64,000 nucleotides of DNA from Planctomycetota bacterium (lineage in GTDB: Bacteria; Planctomycetota; JAJSAM01; JAJVHW01). The position numbers were made by a program, and so were the translations under genes. Every line of letters begins with the position of its first letter. Positions within the stretch are counted from its first letter, which is position 1. The notes below the pieces were generated by a model. It saw nothing but the letters and a program-made list of their open reading frames with translations, did not search any database and was not told where the DNA came from. The stretch covers positions 1,952,001 to 2,016,000 of the forward strand of contig CBDFJG010000004.1 of the NCBI GenBank assembly GCA_965248445.1, in the 5' to 3' direction. This document shows positions 39,054-50,096 of this stretch, piece after piece.

Positions 39054-40204
39054 ATGTCATCAAGGAGTGACGTCAGGGCCAGACTCCTCGGTGGCACGAG
39101 CGGTCGCGAGGGAGCTCCGAGTCGCCGACGCGCAACGAGTTGGTCACTTGGGCTGATGGCAGCCTTGGCCACTGCGACCTACCTGACCGGTTGCGGACCG
39201 CTCGAGGAGCCTGAGCAGCCCGAACCGCCCGAACTGGGGACGTCGGGATCGACCGCGGTCAACCGTACGCGTGTCCCAGCGCTCCCCGCGCCGCCGAAGA
39301 ACGTGCTGGCGCATCAGATGGCGTTGGCCGCTCCGCCCCCGGGGGTTCGCATCGACGCAGACGGACGCCTCGTCTGCGACAAGGACGGATCCGAGATGGT
39401 GCTCGTCCTCGAAACCGAGTTCACCATGGGAAGCGACGGCGGCGGCCTTGACGAGCGCCCGCCTCACGTGGTGCGGGTGTCGGCTTTCCTCATGGATCGC
39501 CACGAGGTCACGAACGCGCAGTTCGCGCAGTTCGTTGCCGAGACAGCGTACGTCACCGACGCCGAGAAGGGGGACGGTGGCTACGCGCTGCACCGCGACT
39601 CCTGGGCGCGCGGAGCCGACTGGCGCCATCCTCTAGGTCCCGGATCGTCGTTCGAAGGGCGGGAGTCCCACCCGGTCGTCCTGGTCTCCTGGAACGATGC
39701 CCAGGCGTATGCGCAATGGGCCGGACGGAGGCTCCCCACGGAGGCGGAGTTCGAGCGGTGCTTGCGAGGAGGCACGGAAGGCGCGACCTACCCGTGGGGC
39801 GAGCAGGCGAGCCCTTTCCCCATGTATGGCAACTATGGCGACGATGCACTGAAAGCGGCCCACCCCGGCGCGAAGATCGCCGGCCATACGATCAAACAGT
39901 ACGACGACGGGTTCGCGCGCACGTCTCCGGTCGGACGATTCACGCAGAGTCGACTTGGCCTCTTCGACGTGAGCGGAAACGTGTGGGAGTGGTGCTCGGA
40001 TGCTCGGACAGATACGACCCGGAGTACTACGAGAGTGCCCCGAGCCGCGATCCCTCGGGCCCATCGACCGCGTCGTATCGTGTGTCGCGCGGTGGCGGTT
40101 GGAACTCCTGGCAGAATCAACTCAGGAACTCGTTCCGTAAGGCGACCTCCCCTGAGTACCGGTGGGACGTACTCGGCTTCCGGTGCGCAATGAGCGTTCC
40201 GTGA
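39054..40204 (+). pseudogene. formylglycine-generating enzyme (SUMF1/FGE-sulfatase) family lipoprotein, frameshifted by an 8-bp duplication
   Basis: FTMGS, HEVTNAQF, RLPTEAEFE, GLFDVSGNVWEW, RGGGW, GFRC; TGCTCGGA duplicated at 39993-40008. Confidence 0.88.
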
Positions 40205-40227
40205 CCGTTGTCTCGACAGCGGTCTAG

Positions 40228-41923
40228 CCTGCATAATTCATCACGCCACGCCCGGAACGTAGATTCGGGCGCACCGCGCATTGCATAAACTGTTGTTAGA
40301 GCAATAGTTACACAGATGCGAGAGGTACGCCCGAGTGACGAATTCTACCCCACACACTGTCCGGTTTCCCGATCTCTTCGGGAAGGTCACCACGGCCGTG
40401 TTCGACGGCGAAGCGCACACGTCCGAGGGAGGCGCGGGACTGCTGCGCGCGGTGGACCGTCGAATGGGAGTGACCGCAGGTCTGGCTGCGCTGTTGGTGG
40501 ATCGTCGTGACCCGACGCGGGTGCAGCACTCGTTGGAGGAGCTCTTTCGGCAGCGCGTCTTCTCGATCGGCCTGGGCTACAGCGACCAGAACGACGCGGC
40601 TCGCGTGGGCACCGACCCGATGCTCAAGGGGGTCACGGGCCGCGCGCCGATCAAGGGCGCCGACCTGGCGTCTCAGGCGACGCTGTCGCGCTTCGAGAAC
40701 GCGGTCACGGCGCACGAGCTCGTGGCCTTGTCGCGCAAGCTCGAGGAGGACGTGATCGAGCGTCTTTGCGCTCGCCACCGGGGGGCCCGGCGCATCACGA
40801 TCGACATGGACCCGAGCTGTGACCCGACCCACGGTGCACAGCAGGGAGCGCTCTTCAACGGCTTCTACGACACGTGGTGCTACCTGCCGGTTTTCGGCTT
40901 CCTCACGGTCGACGGCGATCCGGAGCAGTACCTTTTCTGTGCGCGGCTGCGGCCGGGCAACGCGAAGGAGGGCCGCACGTCGCTGCGGACGATCCGCCGG
41001 ATGGTGAAGCGACTTCGGCGTGCGTTTCCGCGCACGCAGATCCTCGTGCGCCTGGACAGCGGCTTCGCCGGCTCGCGGCTCTTCGACGCGCTGGACGAAC
41101 TCGGCGTGAAGTACGTGGTCGGGATGCCCAAGAACAAGCGGCTCCTGGATCTGTGCGACGCCGAGATGACAGCGGCTGCGGTGCTGGCGGCGATGGAAGA
41201 CAAGACGGCGCAGATCTACGGCGACTGCGAGTACCGGGCGAAGAGCTGGAGCAGGTCCCGCCGCGTGGTCTTCAAGGCGCAAGTGCTGGTCGCCACCGGG
41301 AAGGTGAACAAGGACAACGCGCGCTTCGTGGTCACCAACGTCTCGCGCAGCTACAAGCCCGAGACGACCTACTGCAAGACCTACTGCGGTCGCGGCGACG
41401 CCGAGAACCGCATCAAGGAACTCAAGGGTGGCCTGGCGGTGGATCGCACGAGCAACTCGAGCTTCCTGGCGAACCAGTTCCGCGTGCTGATGACCGCGGC
41501 GGCCTACGTACTCTTCCAGGAGTTACGCTACCAGTTGCGCGGCACCACGGCCGCAGTCTGGCAGGTGCACACGATCCGCGAACGGCTGCTCAAGATCGGC
41601 GCCCGCGTCGTGGAATCGGTGCGCCGCGTCGTCGTGCATCTCGCGGCGGCCTGCCCATGGCGCGAGCTGTGGTGCCGCGTCGCGCGAAGGCTCGGCGCTG
41701 CGCCGGTCTGAGCGCAGCCGATGGCCAGAAGAACGACACGCTTCCGGCTACCGGTCCGTCCAGACCTCGTCCGCGCGGCGGCAAATGGACTTGAACGCCC
41801 CCTCGGAACGAAGATCCCGCCGTCCGAGACCCCGCCGACCTCGGTGAACGCCGCAAGTCGAGCGCCCGGGCGCTCGGACCGGCCGAGGGACGCCATCGCG
41901 AGCGTCGTCATGAATAGTGCGGG
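40228..41923 (+). mobile_element. IS1380-family element
   Basis: TIRs CCTGCATAATTCAT / ATGAATAGTGCGGG; 4-bp TSD CTAG at 40224-40227 and 41924-41927. Confidence 0.92.
40335..41711 (+). CDS. IS1380 transposase
   Basis: LASQATLSRFEN, IDMD, RLDSGF, YCGRGDAENRIKELK. Confidence 0.95.
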   Translation: MTNSTPHTVRFPDLFGKVTTAVFDGEAHTSEGGAGLLRAVDRRMGVTAGLAALLVDRRDPTRVQHSLEELFRQRVFSIGLGYSDQNDAARVGTDPMLKGVTGRAPIKGADLASQATLSRFENAVTAHELVALSRKLEEDVIERLCARHRGARRITIDMDPSCDPTHGAQQGALFNGFYDTWCYLPVFGFLTVDGDPEQYLFCARLRPGNAKEGRTSLRTIRRMVKRLRRAFPRTQILVRLDSGFAGSRLFDALDELGVKYVVGMPKNKRLLDLCDAEMTAAAVLAAMEDKTAQIYGDCEYRAKSWSRSRRVVFKAQVLVATGKVNKDNARFVVTNVSRSYKPETTYCKTYCGRGDAENRIKELKGGLAVDRTSNSSFLANQFRVLMTAAAYVLFQELRYQLRGTTAAVWQVHTIRERLLKIGARVVESVRRVVVHLAAACPWRELWCRVARRLGAAPV

Positions 41924-42164
41924 CTAGAGGTCTAAGCGACCTGAGCGTCGCCTAGGTGGCTGTTCCGATCTCGCAGATCGCGTGCTTGGCCGAGTCCGTC
42001 AGTTCACGAACTCAACAGATCGGGAAGCGCCGGATGGCGACGCTCTTGTGCGGGCCGTGGCCGCAATCCACCTTGGCCCGGGGCCGGCGGAGCCGGCCAC
42101 CAAGGAAGTGCGCGCGAAGTGGACCTTCGCCGTCATCTGGGGTGCGGCCCGCCGAGGGTGCCGC

Positions 42165-42239
42165 TGGAGCGGGTGAACAGATTCGAACTGTCGACATCCA
42201 CCTTGGCAAGGTGGCGCTCTACCACTGAGCTACACCCGC
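42165..42239 (-). tRNA. tRNA-Gly(GCC)
   Basis: GCGGGTGTAGCTCAGTGGTAGAGCGCCACCTTGCCAAGGTGGATGTCGACAGTTCGAATCTGTTCACCCGCTCCA, full cloverleaf with CCA. Confidence 0.97.
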
Positions 42240-42317
42240 TCGAATGGGAGGCCCGGGATGTTGCGCGGGCACCCGTGGGGAGTCAAGGAAGGGGGCGGCT
42301 CGGCAGGCGGTCGCGCG

Positions 42318-43517
42318 CTAGACGGTCAGCAGCGGCTCGCGGGCGGCCGCCTCGACGATCTCTTCGAGGCGCAGCGAGATCGACCAGTGGCTGTAGTTGT
42401 TGAGCATCGCGCGCCGGGCGCGGAAGCCTAGGCGGTCGCGGGCAGATGCATCCTCGAGCAGGTCGCCGATGACGTGGACCATCTCGTCGGGGCCGTCGGT
42501 CACCATCAGATCGGTGCCCGGGATCGCATCGACGCCGCTGAACGCGGGGCGCGTCACGACGGTGGGCACGCCCAGTGTGAGCGATTCGAGGATCTCGTTC
42601 CTCACGCCGCTGTGCACCCGGTGCGGCACGACGCTGACCCAGGCGGTCGCGTAGAGCTCACGCAGGTCCTTGACGCGGTCGTCGAGATAGACGCCCGGCT
42701 GCAGGGCGAGCTGACGGATCTCCGGCGGCGGGTTGCGCCCGGCGATGCGGAGGACGGCATCCGCGTACTGCGCGCGGATGCGCGGGAAGACGTCACGCAC
42801 GAAGCTCTCGACGGCGTCGCGGTTGGGCAGGTGGTCCAGATGGCCGGCGATCAGAATCGTCGGCACGCCGGACGGCCGCCGGATCAGCGGTGCGTGGGGC
42901 GGTGCGGGAGTCTTCAGCGAAACGACGCGGCGGGTGGCTGCTACCAGGCCGCGCAACGCCTCGGCCTCGGTCTCCGAGGCGAGCAGGACGCGCTGGAACT
43001 CAGCGACGCTGCCGGTCTCGACGGACATCAGCCGGTTCCCCTCGCGGCGGAAAACCGCCGAGCTCGGGAAGCGGCTGTGGTCGGCGTACTCGATCCAGCG
43101 CAGCGAGTTGACCTCGACGAGGTCGAGGATCTTGGGCGTCGTGGGGAAGGCCTTGCCGTAGGGCGCCATGGCCGAGGAGTAGATGTAGACGAGGTCGTAG
43201 CGGCGGGTGTCGTTGAGTGCCTGCAGGCGCTCCATCAGGTCGCGGCTGCCGTAGCGGCGGACCGCCAGGGGCTGGGTCGCGAACATGTGGCGCGCGCTCG
43301 CCGGCTCGACCGGTCGCGTCGGCAGCGGCAGGATCTGCACGCGCTGGCAGAAGCGGCGGAGGCGGCGGCGTGCGTCCCACTCGGCTCCGCCGCCACCGAA
43401 CGTCACCAGATCGACGTCGTGGCGCAGCGACAGGAATCGCACGGCGTGGTACGGCCGGACGTTCTCCCGATCGAGAGGGGGATACGGGACTCGAGGCGCG
43501 ATGAAGAGGATCCGCAA
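42318..43517 (-). CDS. GT4 glycosyltransferase (TIGR03087-like sugar transferase)
   Basis: TTG start, RILFIAPRVPYPP, GHLDHLPN, SGVRNEILESLTLGVP. Confidence 0.85.
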   Translation of the reverse strand: MRILFIAPRVPYPPLDRENVRPYHAVRFLSLRHDVDLVTFGGGGAEWDARRRLRRFCQRVQILPLPTRPVEPASARHMFATQPLAVRRYGSRDLMERLQALNDTRRYDLVYIYSSAMAPYGKAFPTTPKILDLVEVNSLRWIEYADHSRFPSSAVFRREGNRLMSVETGSVAEFQRVLLASETEAEALRGLVAATRRVVSLKTPAPPHAPLIRRPSGVPTILIAGHLDHLPNRDAVESFVRDVFPRIRAQYADAVLRIAGRNPPPEIRQLALQPGVYLDDRVKDLRELYATAWVSVVPHRVHSGVRNEILESLTLGVPTVVTRPAFSGVDAIPGTDLMVTDGPDEMVHVIGDLLEDASARDRLGFRARRAMLNNYSHWSISLRLEEIVEAAAREPLLTV

Positions 43518-43836
43518 CTCTGACCTGCCCTTGCACCGGCGGCCGCACTGCCGCCGGAATCGAATCTGAAATGTCGGTCGTCCGGGCCCTGCAGTTCGAG
43601 CCGCCCGAGACCCGCAACGCCCGGCTGGCGCAAAGGCGGGGCCAAGGTGTGCTGAGCCGGGCTCCCGGCGGCGCGCCACGCTAACTGCCCAGCCCGCTCG
43701 ACAGCCAGCCCCCGGACGTTCGGGAAATGCAACACGCGATTCGCTCCGGTCTGGCCCGAGGCCGCGTCGAGCCGGATCGACACGCGGTCCCGGGCGCGGC
43801 TTGACAGCATCCGCCGTCCGGGTTCTGCTCGGCTCC

Positions 43837-45891
43837 ATGACGCGCTCTCCCGCCTCGGCGAGGAGCCTGGCTCTGCCGCTCCTGCTCCTTCTCGTGCTGC
43901 TGGCGCTCCTCGCAGTTCCCGCTCGGGCCGACACGGTGATCCTGAAGAGTGGGAAGAAGCTCAAGAACGTCGTGGTCAGCAAGCAGGACGACCTCGTCGT
44001 CGTCATCAACCCGTTCAATTCCCGTAGTCCGGACATGCACTGGGAGATCCCGTCCAAGAACCGGATCCCGCGCGACCAGGTGGAGGAGGTCGTGATCTCC
44101 GACCCTCCCCTGCACGAGTTGCGGCTCCGCGACGCGCAGGGGGCGCTCGGCGCTGAGGAGCGGCTCGAGCTGGCCGCCATCGCCGGCAAGCTGAAGATGA
44201 AGAAGGAGCGCGAACGGCAACTGCTCCTCGCGCTGTGCGCCGATCCGGAGAACATCGACGCGCTCAAGGCCGTCGGCGCGGGCAAGTGGAAGACGTGGTC
44301 GCGTTCGCAGCCACTCGCGGACCCGTCGCTCGCCGAACTCGAACGCGAGTACGTCCAGTTGAAGAACCCCGCCGCGCTCAAGGCGCAGCTCGACATGCTC
44401 AAGGACAAGAAGTCGGTGCGCGCGCTCGCCTACCTCGAGCGCGCCCGCCGCTCAGCTGAGCAACCGACGGGCCGACGCGACAAGGTGCCGCTTACCCTGC
44501 GCAGCCAGGACGCTCCGGGCGCCACGTACTGCATCTACGTTCCGACGAAGTACGACCCGCTCACGCCCACGCCACTCGTCGTGGCGTTGCACGGCGGCGG
44601 CGGGGGAGGCTCCGCGGACGTGATCACGGGCAGCGGCGAGTCCGCGATGAACTTCTACTTCGACATCGCGGAGAAGTGGGGCTGGATCGTCGTCGCTCCG
44701 ACGGCCGTAGCGGCACCGTGGGGCGCGAAGAAGAACGAAGCGTGGCTGAACGCGCTGCTCGACGAGATGCACCTGCTCTACAACGTCGACGAGACGCGCG
44801 TGTACCTCACTGGCCACTCCATGGGCGGCTTCGGCACGTGGTACTGGGGCGCGCAGATGTCCGACGTGTGGGCGGCTTGCTCGCCGTGCGCCGGCGGTGG
44901 CAGCGTCTCGGGCGAACTCGGCACCGGTGTCCCAATCTACATCTACCACGGGGCCGATGACGCTGTCGTCGGACCGGGGCGCGACCGGTCGTGCGCCAAG
45001 TCGCTCGTGGGCGACAAGAAGAAGGACTTCATCTACACGGAGCTCGACGGCGTCGGGCACGGCTTCCCGCGCTGGGTGCGCGAGGACATCTTCAAGTTCT
45101 TCGCTGCGCGCCGGAAGGACAACGGGAAGAGGCGCGCGAACTGGCCCGTGTCGTCGTTCGACCGCAAGGTCGGCAAGGACGAGAAGAAGACGTTCGGCGA
45201 TCCCTCGGTGCCGCCTGCAGCGGACGGCGAGGGCGACGCGAACGTGAAGGAACTCGTCAAGGCGTTGCGCGCGGGCGGAGGCGGCGGTGCCGCGGCGGTC
45301 GAGGAACTCGGCAAGCTCAAGGACGCGAAGACGGTCAAGAGCGTGGCGAGACTGCTCAAACTGAAGGATGCGACGACGGACACGCGCGTGCTCGCCGCCC
45401 GGACGCTCGGCAAGCACACGGGCGGCGACGACTTCCGCGTACTCGAAGCGGTGGCGACGGCGCTCGGCGAGACGGGTCTCGAAGACGCTGCGCCGCCGCT
45501 CGTCAAGACACTCGCCCGAATCGGCGAGAAGTTCGACGAACAGTTGCAGGGCGGCGGGATGGTGTGGCGCCAGTACGAGGTGCGCACCGGGTCGCTGACG
45601 GTCGCGTGCGATGCGTGCGCCGGCGTCAATAACCCCGACGTGATCCTGCCGGCGCTCGAGAAGGAAGTCGCGAAGCGCGTGTTCCTCCGCGCCGCGCCGC
45701 TCGAGATGCTCTACATCGACAACCGCTTCGTGCGCATCCCGCCGGCGTCGCGACTCGCGCTCGCGAAGGCAATGGCCGGCGCAGCCCGCGCGCAGGGTGG
45801 CGGCGACGAGTTCCTGGCCGCGGTCGGCGCGGCGTGGCGCTCCCGCGAGCCGCAGATCGAGAAGTCGATCGGCGCCGCGCTCGGCGACTAA
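43837..45891 (+). CDS. secreted alpha/beta hydrolase (esterase/peptidase) with C-terminal HEAT-like region
   Basis: Signal peptide; PLVVALHGG, GHSMGG, YHGADD, GHGF. Confidence 0.85.
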   Translation: MTRSPASARSLALPLLLLLVLLALLAVPARADTVILKSGKKLKNVVVSKQDDLVVVINPFNSRSPDMHWEIPSKNRIPRDQVEEVVISDPPLHELRLRDAQGALGAEERLELAAIAGKLKMKKERERQLLLALCADPENIDALKAVGAGKWKTWSRSQPLADPSLAELEREYVQLKNPAALKAQLDMLKDKKSVRALAYLERARRSAEQPTGRRDKVPLTLRSQDAPGATYCIYVPTKYDPLTPTPLVVALHGGGGGGSADVITGSGESAMNFYFDIAEKWGWIVVAPTAVAAPWGAKKNEAWLNALLDEMHLLYNVDETRVYLTGHSMGGFGTWYWGAQMSDVWAACSPCAGGGSVSGELGTGVPIYIYHGADDAVVGPGRDRSCAKSLVGDKKKDFIYTELDGVGHGFPRWVREDIFKFFAARRKDNGKRRANWPVSSFDRKVGKDEKKTFGDPSVPPAADGEGDANVKELVKALRAGGGGGAAAVEELGKLKDAKTVKSVARLLKLKDATTDTRVLAARTLGKHTGGDDFRVLEAVATALGETGLEDAAPPLVKTLARIGEKFDEQLQGGGMVWRQYEVRTGSLTVACDACAGVNNPDVILPALEKEVAKRVFLRAAPLEMLYIDNRFVRIPPASRLALAKAMAGAARAQGGGDEFLAAVGAAWRSREPQIEKSIGAALGD

Positions 45892-48119
45892 TCGAGGCCG
45901 GCGCCGAACGCGTCGTCCGGTTCTTCGCGCACCTCGACCGGAGTGTCGGCCGCGTCCTCGGCGCCGTCACCGTCGACGTCGAGCTGACGCCGCGCATCCA
46001 CCTCGTCGCGATTGACGGCGTCCATCACGGCCTGGACCTTCGCGACGAGGTCTTGCTCCGTATCCGGCAGCGCCCGGCGGATCTGACGCGCGCACTGCAG
46101 CATCAGACGGAACGATCGGACGAGGTCACCCTCGCCGACCGTCGTTACCTCGCCGAGCTTGGTCAGCGGTTCCCCGTCGAGCCAGAGTTCGAGCGCGCGG
46201 GAGAGCGAAAAGTCCGGGCGCATGGTCATGTCGGACAGACCCTCTTCCCACTCGGTCTCTCGGAACTCGTCGATCAGGTGCGTCGCCCGATCGGCAATGC
46301 GGCGGAGTCCCTTCGTCGAGGGACGGTCGGTCGCATGCTGTGGGCGGGGCTCGTAAACCGTTGCGAGGAGGAGCAGGGCGAGCGAGCGCTCGTCGAGCGC
46401 TTCCAGGAAGCCGTGCTCGCGCCACTCGCCGGCCGGGATCTCGTAGCCCTTCACACGCGCAGTGAAGAGCCCCTTCGCCGTCACCTCGCCGTCTTCGATG
46501 TGCCCCGTCCGTGAGAGCACACGCAGCCGGGTCGCGAGGACACGCTCCTCGGTGCTCTTGCCCTGCTTGCCCTTGCCGCGGCGCTCCCGCTGGAACTTGG
46601 CGAAGCTCTTCCGGTACGTCTCGATCACGCGCTCGCCCATTCGCTGATAGAGCGTGAGCAGCGTTCCGTAGTCCGGATCCCAGCGCGAGGTCACCGGCTC
46701 GGGTTTCCCCGTGAGCACGCGCTCGACGCCCCGAGGCCGGTCCTTCGTCGGATCGACACGGGACAGGACGAGTCCGTGCTCGTCGATGCCCTGCCGTCCA
46801 GCCCGTCCGGCCATCTGGCCGTACTCGCGACACAGCATGTAGTCCATCTTCTCGCCGTCGAACTTGCGCAAGCCGGCGAACGCAACCGTGCGCGCCGGCA
46901 TGTTGATCCCGAGTGCGAACGTCGACGTGCAGAACAGCATTCGCACACGGCCCGACGTGAAGAGCCGCTCGACGATCTCCTTGTAGACGGGGAGCATGCC
47001 TGCGTGGTGGTAGCCGACGCCGCTGATGGCCATCCGCCGCAGGCGCTGTAGACCGGGCGTCTTCTTGCAGGCGTACATGCCGACCAGGTGGTCGAACTGC
47101 GCCGCGACGTCCGCGGACGCCGCGTCGTCCAGGAGTTGGCGGCGCATGTTGTCGCCGGCCAGCTCCTCGCACTCACGACGGCTGAAGCAGAAGTAGAGCG
47201 CAGGCAGGAGCTCCTGCGACTCGAGCCAGTCCAGGAGCCGCGTCGGACGGCGTTCCCGCCGCATGACGCGGCGCTCGCGGAACGGCTTGCGCAGCACGTC
47301 CATCGCCTCTTGGCGGCGGACCGGCCCGAGATCCGGCACCCAGCACATGTGGTCGAGCGGCACGGGCCGATCGTTCATCTCGACGACCGTGACCTTCTCG
47401 CCCCGCACGGTCTCGATCCAGGCGGCGAGTTCCCGCACGTTGGGCACCGTGGCCGAGAGTGCCACCAGCCGCATCTGTGGCGGCGCGTGGATGATGCTCT
47501 CCTCCCACACGGTGCCGCGCTGGACGTCGTCGAGGAAGTGCACCTCGTCGTGGACCACGAAGCGGAACTCACGAAGCCGCTCCGGCTCGTCGAACAGCGT
47601 GTTGCGAAACACCTCCGTCGTCATGATCAGGAGATCTGCGTCCGGGTTGATCGTGACGTCGCCGGTCATGATCCCCACCCGGTCGCCGTGCTCCGCTCGG
47701 AAGTCGCGGAACTTCTGATTGGAGAGCGCCTTGATCGGGGCGGTGTAGACCGAGCGCCAGCCCTCGGAGAACGCGACCTCGATCGCGTAGTCCGCGACGA
47801 GCGTCTTCCCGGCGCCGGTGGGTGCCGACACCAGGACGCTGTTGCCCGCGGCGACGGCGTCCACGGCGCGGGCCTGGAACGGATACAGGTTCAAGTCGCG
47901 GAATGTGCGGTCCGTCGGCTCGAGAGATGCGGGGCGCGCTGCCGCCGGCGGGGGGCGGTAGGGCGCCGGTTCGCGAACAGGCGGTTGCTCAGCGTCCGGG
48001 CGCCCGCGGCCGCCCTTCGCGCCGCGGGGATGGCGGCCGCGCGAGTCCTCGGAGCTGCGCTGTCCGCGCCGGCGTCCGCCCCGCGGTCCCTGGGGTCGGC
48101 GATTCGCGCCACGGGCCAT
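45888..48119 (-). CDS. Ski2/HelY-like DEAD/DEAH-box RNA helicase
   Basis: APTGAGKT, PIKALSNQK, DEVH, LSAT, HHAG, QMAGRAGR. Confidence 0.93.
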   Translation of the reverse strand: MARGANRRPQGPRGGRRRGQRSSEDSRGRHPRGAKGGRGRPDAEQPPVREPAPYRPPPAAARPASLEPTDRTFRDLNLYPFQARAVDAVAAGNSVLVSAPTGAGKTLVADYAIEVAFSEGWRSVYTAPIKALSNQKFRDFRAEHGDRVGIMTGDVTINPDADLLIMTTEVFRNTLFDEPERLREFRFVVHDEVHFLDDVQRGTVWEESIIHAPPQMRLVALSATVPNVRELAAWIETVRGEKVTVVEMNDRPVPLDHMCWVPDLGPVRRQEAMDVLRKPFRERRVMRRERRPTRLLDWLESQELLPALYFCFSRRECEELAGDNMRRQLLDDAASADVAAQFDHLVGMYACKKTPGLQRLRRMAISGVGYHHAGMLPVYKEIVERLFTSGRVRMLFCTSTFALGINMPARTVAFAGLRKFDGEKMDYMLCREYGQMAGRAGRQGIDEHGLVLSRVDPTKDRPRGVERVLTGKPEPVTSRWDPDYGTLLTLYQRMGERVIETYRKSFAKFQRERRGKGKQGKSTEERVLATRLRVLSRTGHIEDGEVTAKGLFTARVKGYEIPAGEWREHGFLEALDERSLALLLLATVYEPRPQHATDRPSTKGLRRIADRATHLIDEFRETEWEEGLSDMTMRPDFSLSRALELWLDGEPLTKLGEVTTVGEGDLVRSFRLMLQCARQIRRALPDTEQDLVAKVQAVMDAVNRDEVDARRQLDVDGDGAEDAADTPVEVREEPDDAFGAGLD

Positions 48120-48197
48120 GGCGTCAATGATGCCCCGGGCGGGGCACGGCGGCGCGGAATGCGGCAGCGCCGCTCCGTCCGCTACCTGCTCCGTCTG

Positions 48198-49976
48198 CTA
48201 CTTGGGGGAGTCGGTCGCGGCCGAGAGCTCGATGCCGGAGATACGGCCGTGGCGCCCGACCAGGAGCGTGACGTGCATGCCGTTCAGCGTCTCGGAGTGC
48301 AACTCGTTCGGGCGGCGATCTTCGTTGCTCCGGCGGCGGGGCGCCACCACGGTGTTGAACGCGAGGGGCGACTGGTCGATCTCCTCGTCAGCGAACTCGC
48401 CGACGTGGACACCGAACACGTCACCGGTGTAGGCCGACGTGAAGAACACGTGCGTCACTGTGGTGCCGTCGTGCACGGCGCTGACGCCAGTCGAGGCGTC
48501 CAGTGACGCCGCGGCTGCGGGCTCGGCGCCCGGAAGGACGGTCACCGACGTCTGGATCTCCGCGGGGTCGAGGCGAAGGCGCGCGTTCGATATCGCGGTG
48601 TCGGGGTTGTCGTGGATCGGAACCAGCATGTGGAGCGACTTCCACGGGAGGACCTCGGCGCCGGTGTCGGTGTGAAGCGCCAGCGAGTACGCGGTGACCG
48701 CGGCGACGCGGGCGACATTCGAGCGGCGGACGATCGCATCCTCGAACGTCTCGGCGTGGCGTACCTTGACGACATCGCCGATGCGCATCTCGATGGCCGT
48801 CTCACGGAAGTTCAGCTTCACGCGGCGGATCTCGGCGATGGCGGCCTTGCGCGCGACCCGCACATCCACTTTCCCGTCGAGGTCGGTGTCGAGTCCAAGC
48901 GTCCGCTCCATCGACTCCTTGACGTAGCGGCCGACAACCTGCTTCTTCTCCGGCCACATCGTGATCGCGATCGGTTCGTCGTCGAGCAGCGTGCGCAACG
49001 CGAGTGTCACGTCGGTGCTCTTGAGGAGTCCGTCGACCTTGCGGATGGAGCGAACGTAGATCGGCGCCTGGTCGGTGCTGCCGTCGTCGTTGACGACTGT
49101 CAGGAACACGCGGTCGCTGCTCGCACCCTCGAAACGGCCCTGCCGAACGGTTCCGTCGTGCATGTGCAGGCGCAGCCAGTCGTCGTTCTCGATGCCGTCG
49201 AACATGCGCTTGCGGTCGAGCGGGTCGTTGACGGTCACGTGCCGCTTGATGTCGGTGAGGCGGACGCCGACGCGCTCTTCCTTGTCACCTCTGGTGACGA
49301 CGAGCCACGCGGTGCGAACTCCCGCCATCTCGAGAACGGCGGAGGTGCGTGCGCCGAGTTCGATGGCGCTGTCGAGTCCGGGCACCGCGCGCGGCGCCTC
49401 GAAGATGATCAACTCGGTACCGGGCGCGAGCGATGTGAGACTCTGTGCCTGGCTCGCGTCCGCTCCCTCGGGCTCATCCGTTCTGGGGACGACCGGGTCG
49501 GCCGGCGCGTCCGGCACCGCGGAGGTCCTGCGCACGATGCGGGAGCGGCGGCGACTGCGGGTTCGCGCGGCTGCGTCGGCCGCCGCGGCAGCATCCGCGA
49601 CCGGGTCGTCCGCTTCCGGCTGATCGCCCGCGCCGTCGGCTGGGGGATCGTCGTCCTTCGTCTCCGGAGGATCGGCCTTCACAGGCCGGTCGATCTTGCG
49701 CGGACGGTTGGGCCTTGCCGTGTCGCTCTTCTCGTCCGTCTTCGCTGGTTCGTCACTGACGGGGTCGCCATCGTGGATCACGTCGCGCACGTCGGCGCGG
49801 GCGATCCGGATGCGGCCGAGTTGCGTCTCGAGAACGACGTAGCGCTTGTCCTCGGAGACGACCTTGCCTGTGCGGATACGGCCGTCGATGAGGATGACCT
49901 CGTCCGCGCGGGCGTGGGGCACCGCGAGGCCCAGGCCGAGCAGGGCGATGAGGAGCGGAAGACGTCGTGAGCGCAT
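48198..49976 (-). CDS. secreted hypothetical protein
   Basis: Signal peptide, DEVILIDGRIRTGKVV N-domain, low-complexity linker; GGAGG RBS. Confidence 0.75.
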   Translation of the reverse strand: MRSRRLPLLIALLGLGLAVPHARADEVILIDGRIRTGKVVSEDKRYVVLETQLGRIRIARADVRDVIHDGDPVSDEPAKTDEKSDTARPNRPRKIDRPVKADPPETKDDDPPADGAGDQPEADDPVADAAAAADAAARTRSRRRSRIVRRTSAVPDAPADPVVPRTDEPEGADASQAQSLTSLAPGTELIIFEAPRAVPGLDSAIELGARTSAVLEMAGVRTAWLVVTRGDKEERVGVRLTDIKRHVTVNDPLDRKRMFDGIENDDWLRLHMHDGTVRQGRFEGASSDRVFLTVVNDDGSTDQAPIYVRSIRKVDGLLKSTDVTLALRTLLDDEPIAITMWPEKKQVVGRYVKESMERTLGLDTDLDGKVDVRVARKAAIAEIRRVKLNFRETAIEMRIGDVVKVRHAETFEDAIVRRSNVARVAAVTAYSLALHTDTGAEVLPWKSLHMLVPIHDNPDTAISNARLRLDPAEIQTSVTVLPGAEPAAAASLDASTGVSAVHDGTTVTHVFFTSAYTGDVFGVHVGEFADEEIDQSPLAFNTVVAPRRRSNEDRRPNELHSETLNGMHVTLLVGRHGRISGIELSAATDSPK

Positions 49977-50096
49977 GGGAAACCTCCGGAGACGGTCTCT
50001 TCAGCATCGGCATCCCCCCCGGGCTCGCTTGAGCCTAGGTGCAGGCTCGCGGGAGGACCGTAGACTGGAGCGCCCCTGGCTGGTCGGAGGTGGAGC

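Noticed and set aside
43518..44408. N-terminal extension of the 696-aa glycosyltransferase ORF
   Set aside because: Antisense to the hydrolase gene and intergenic DNA; the GT4 motif starts at 43517
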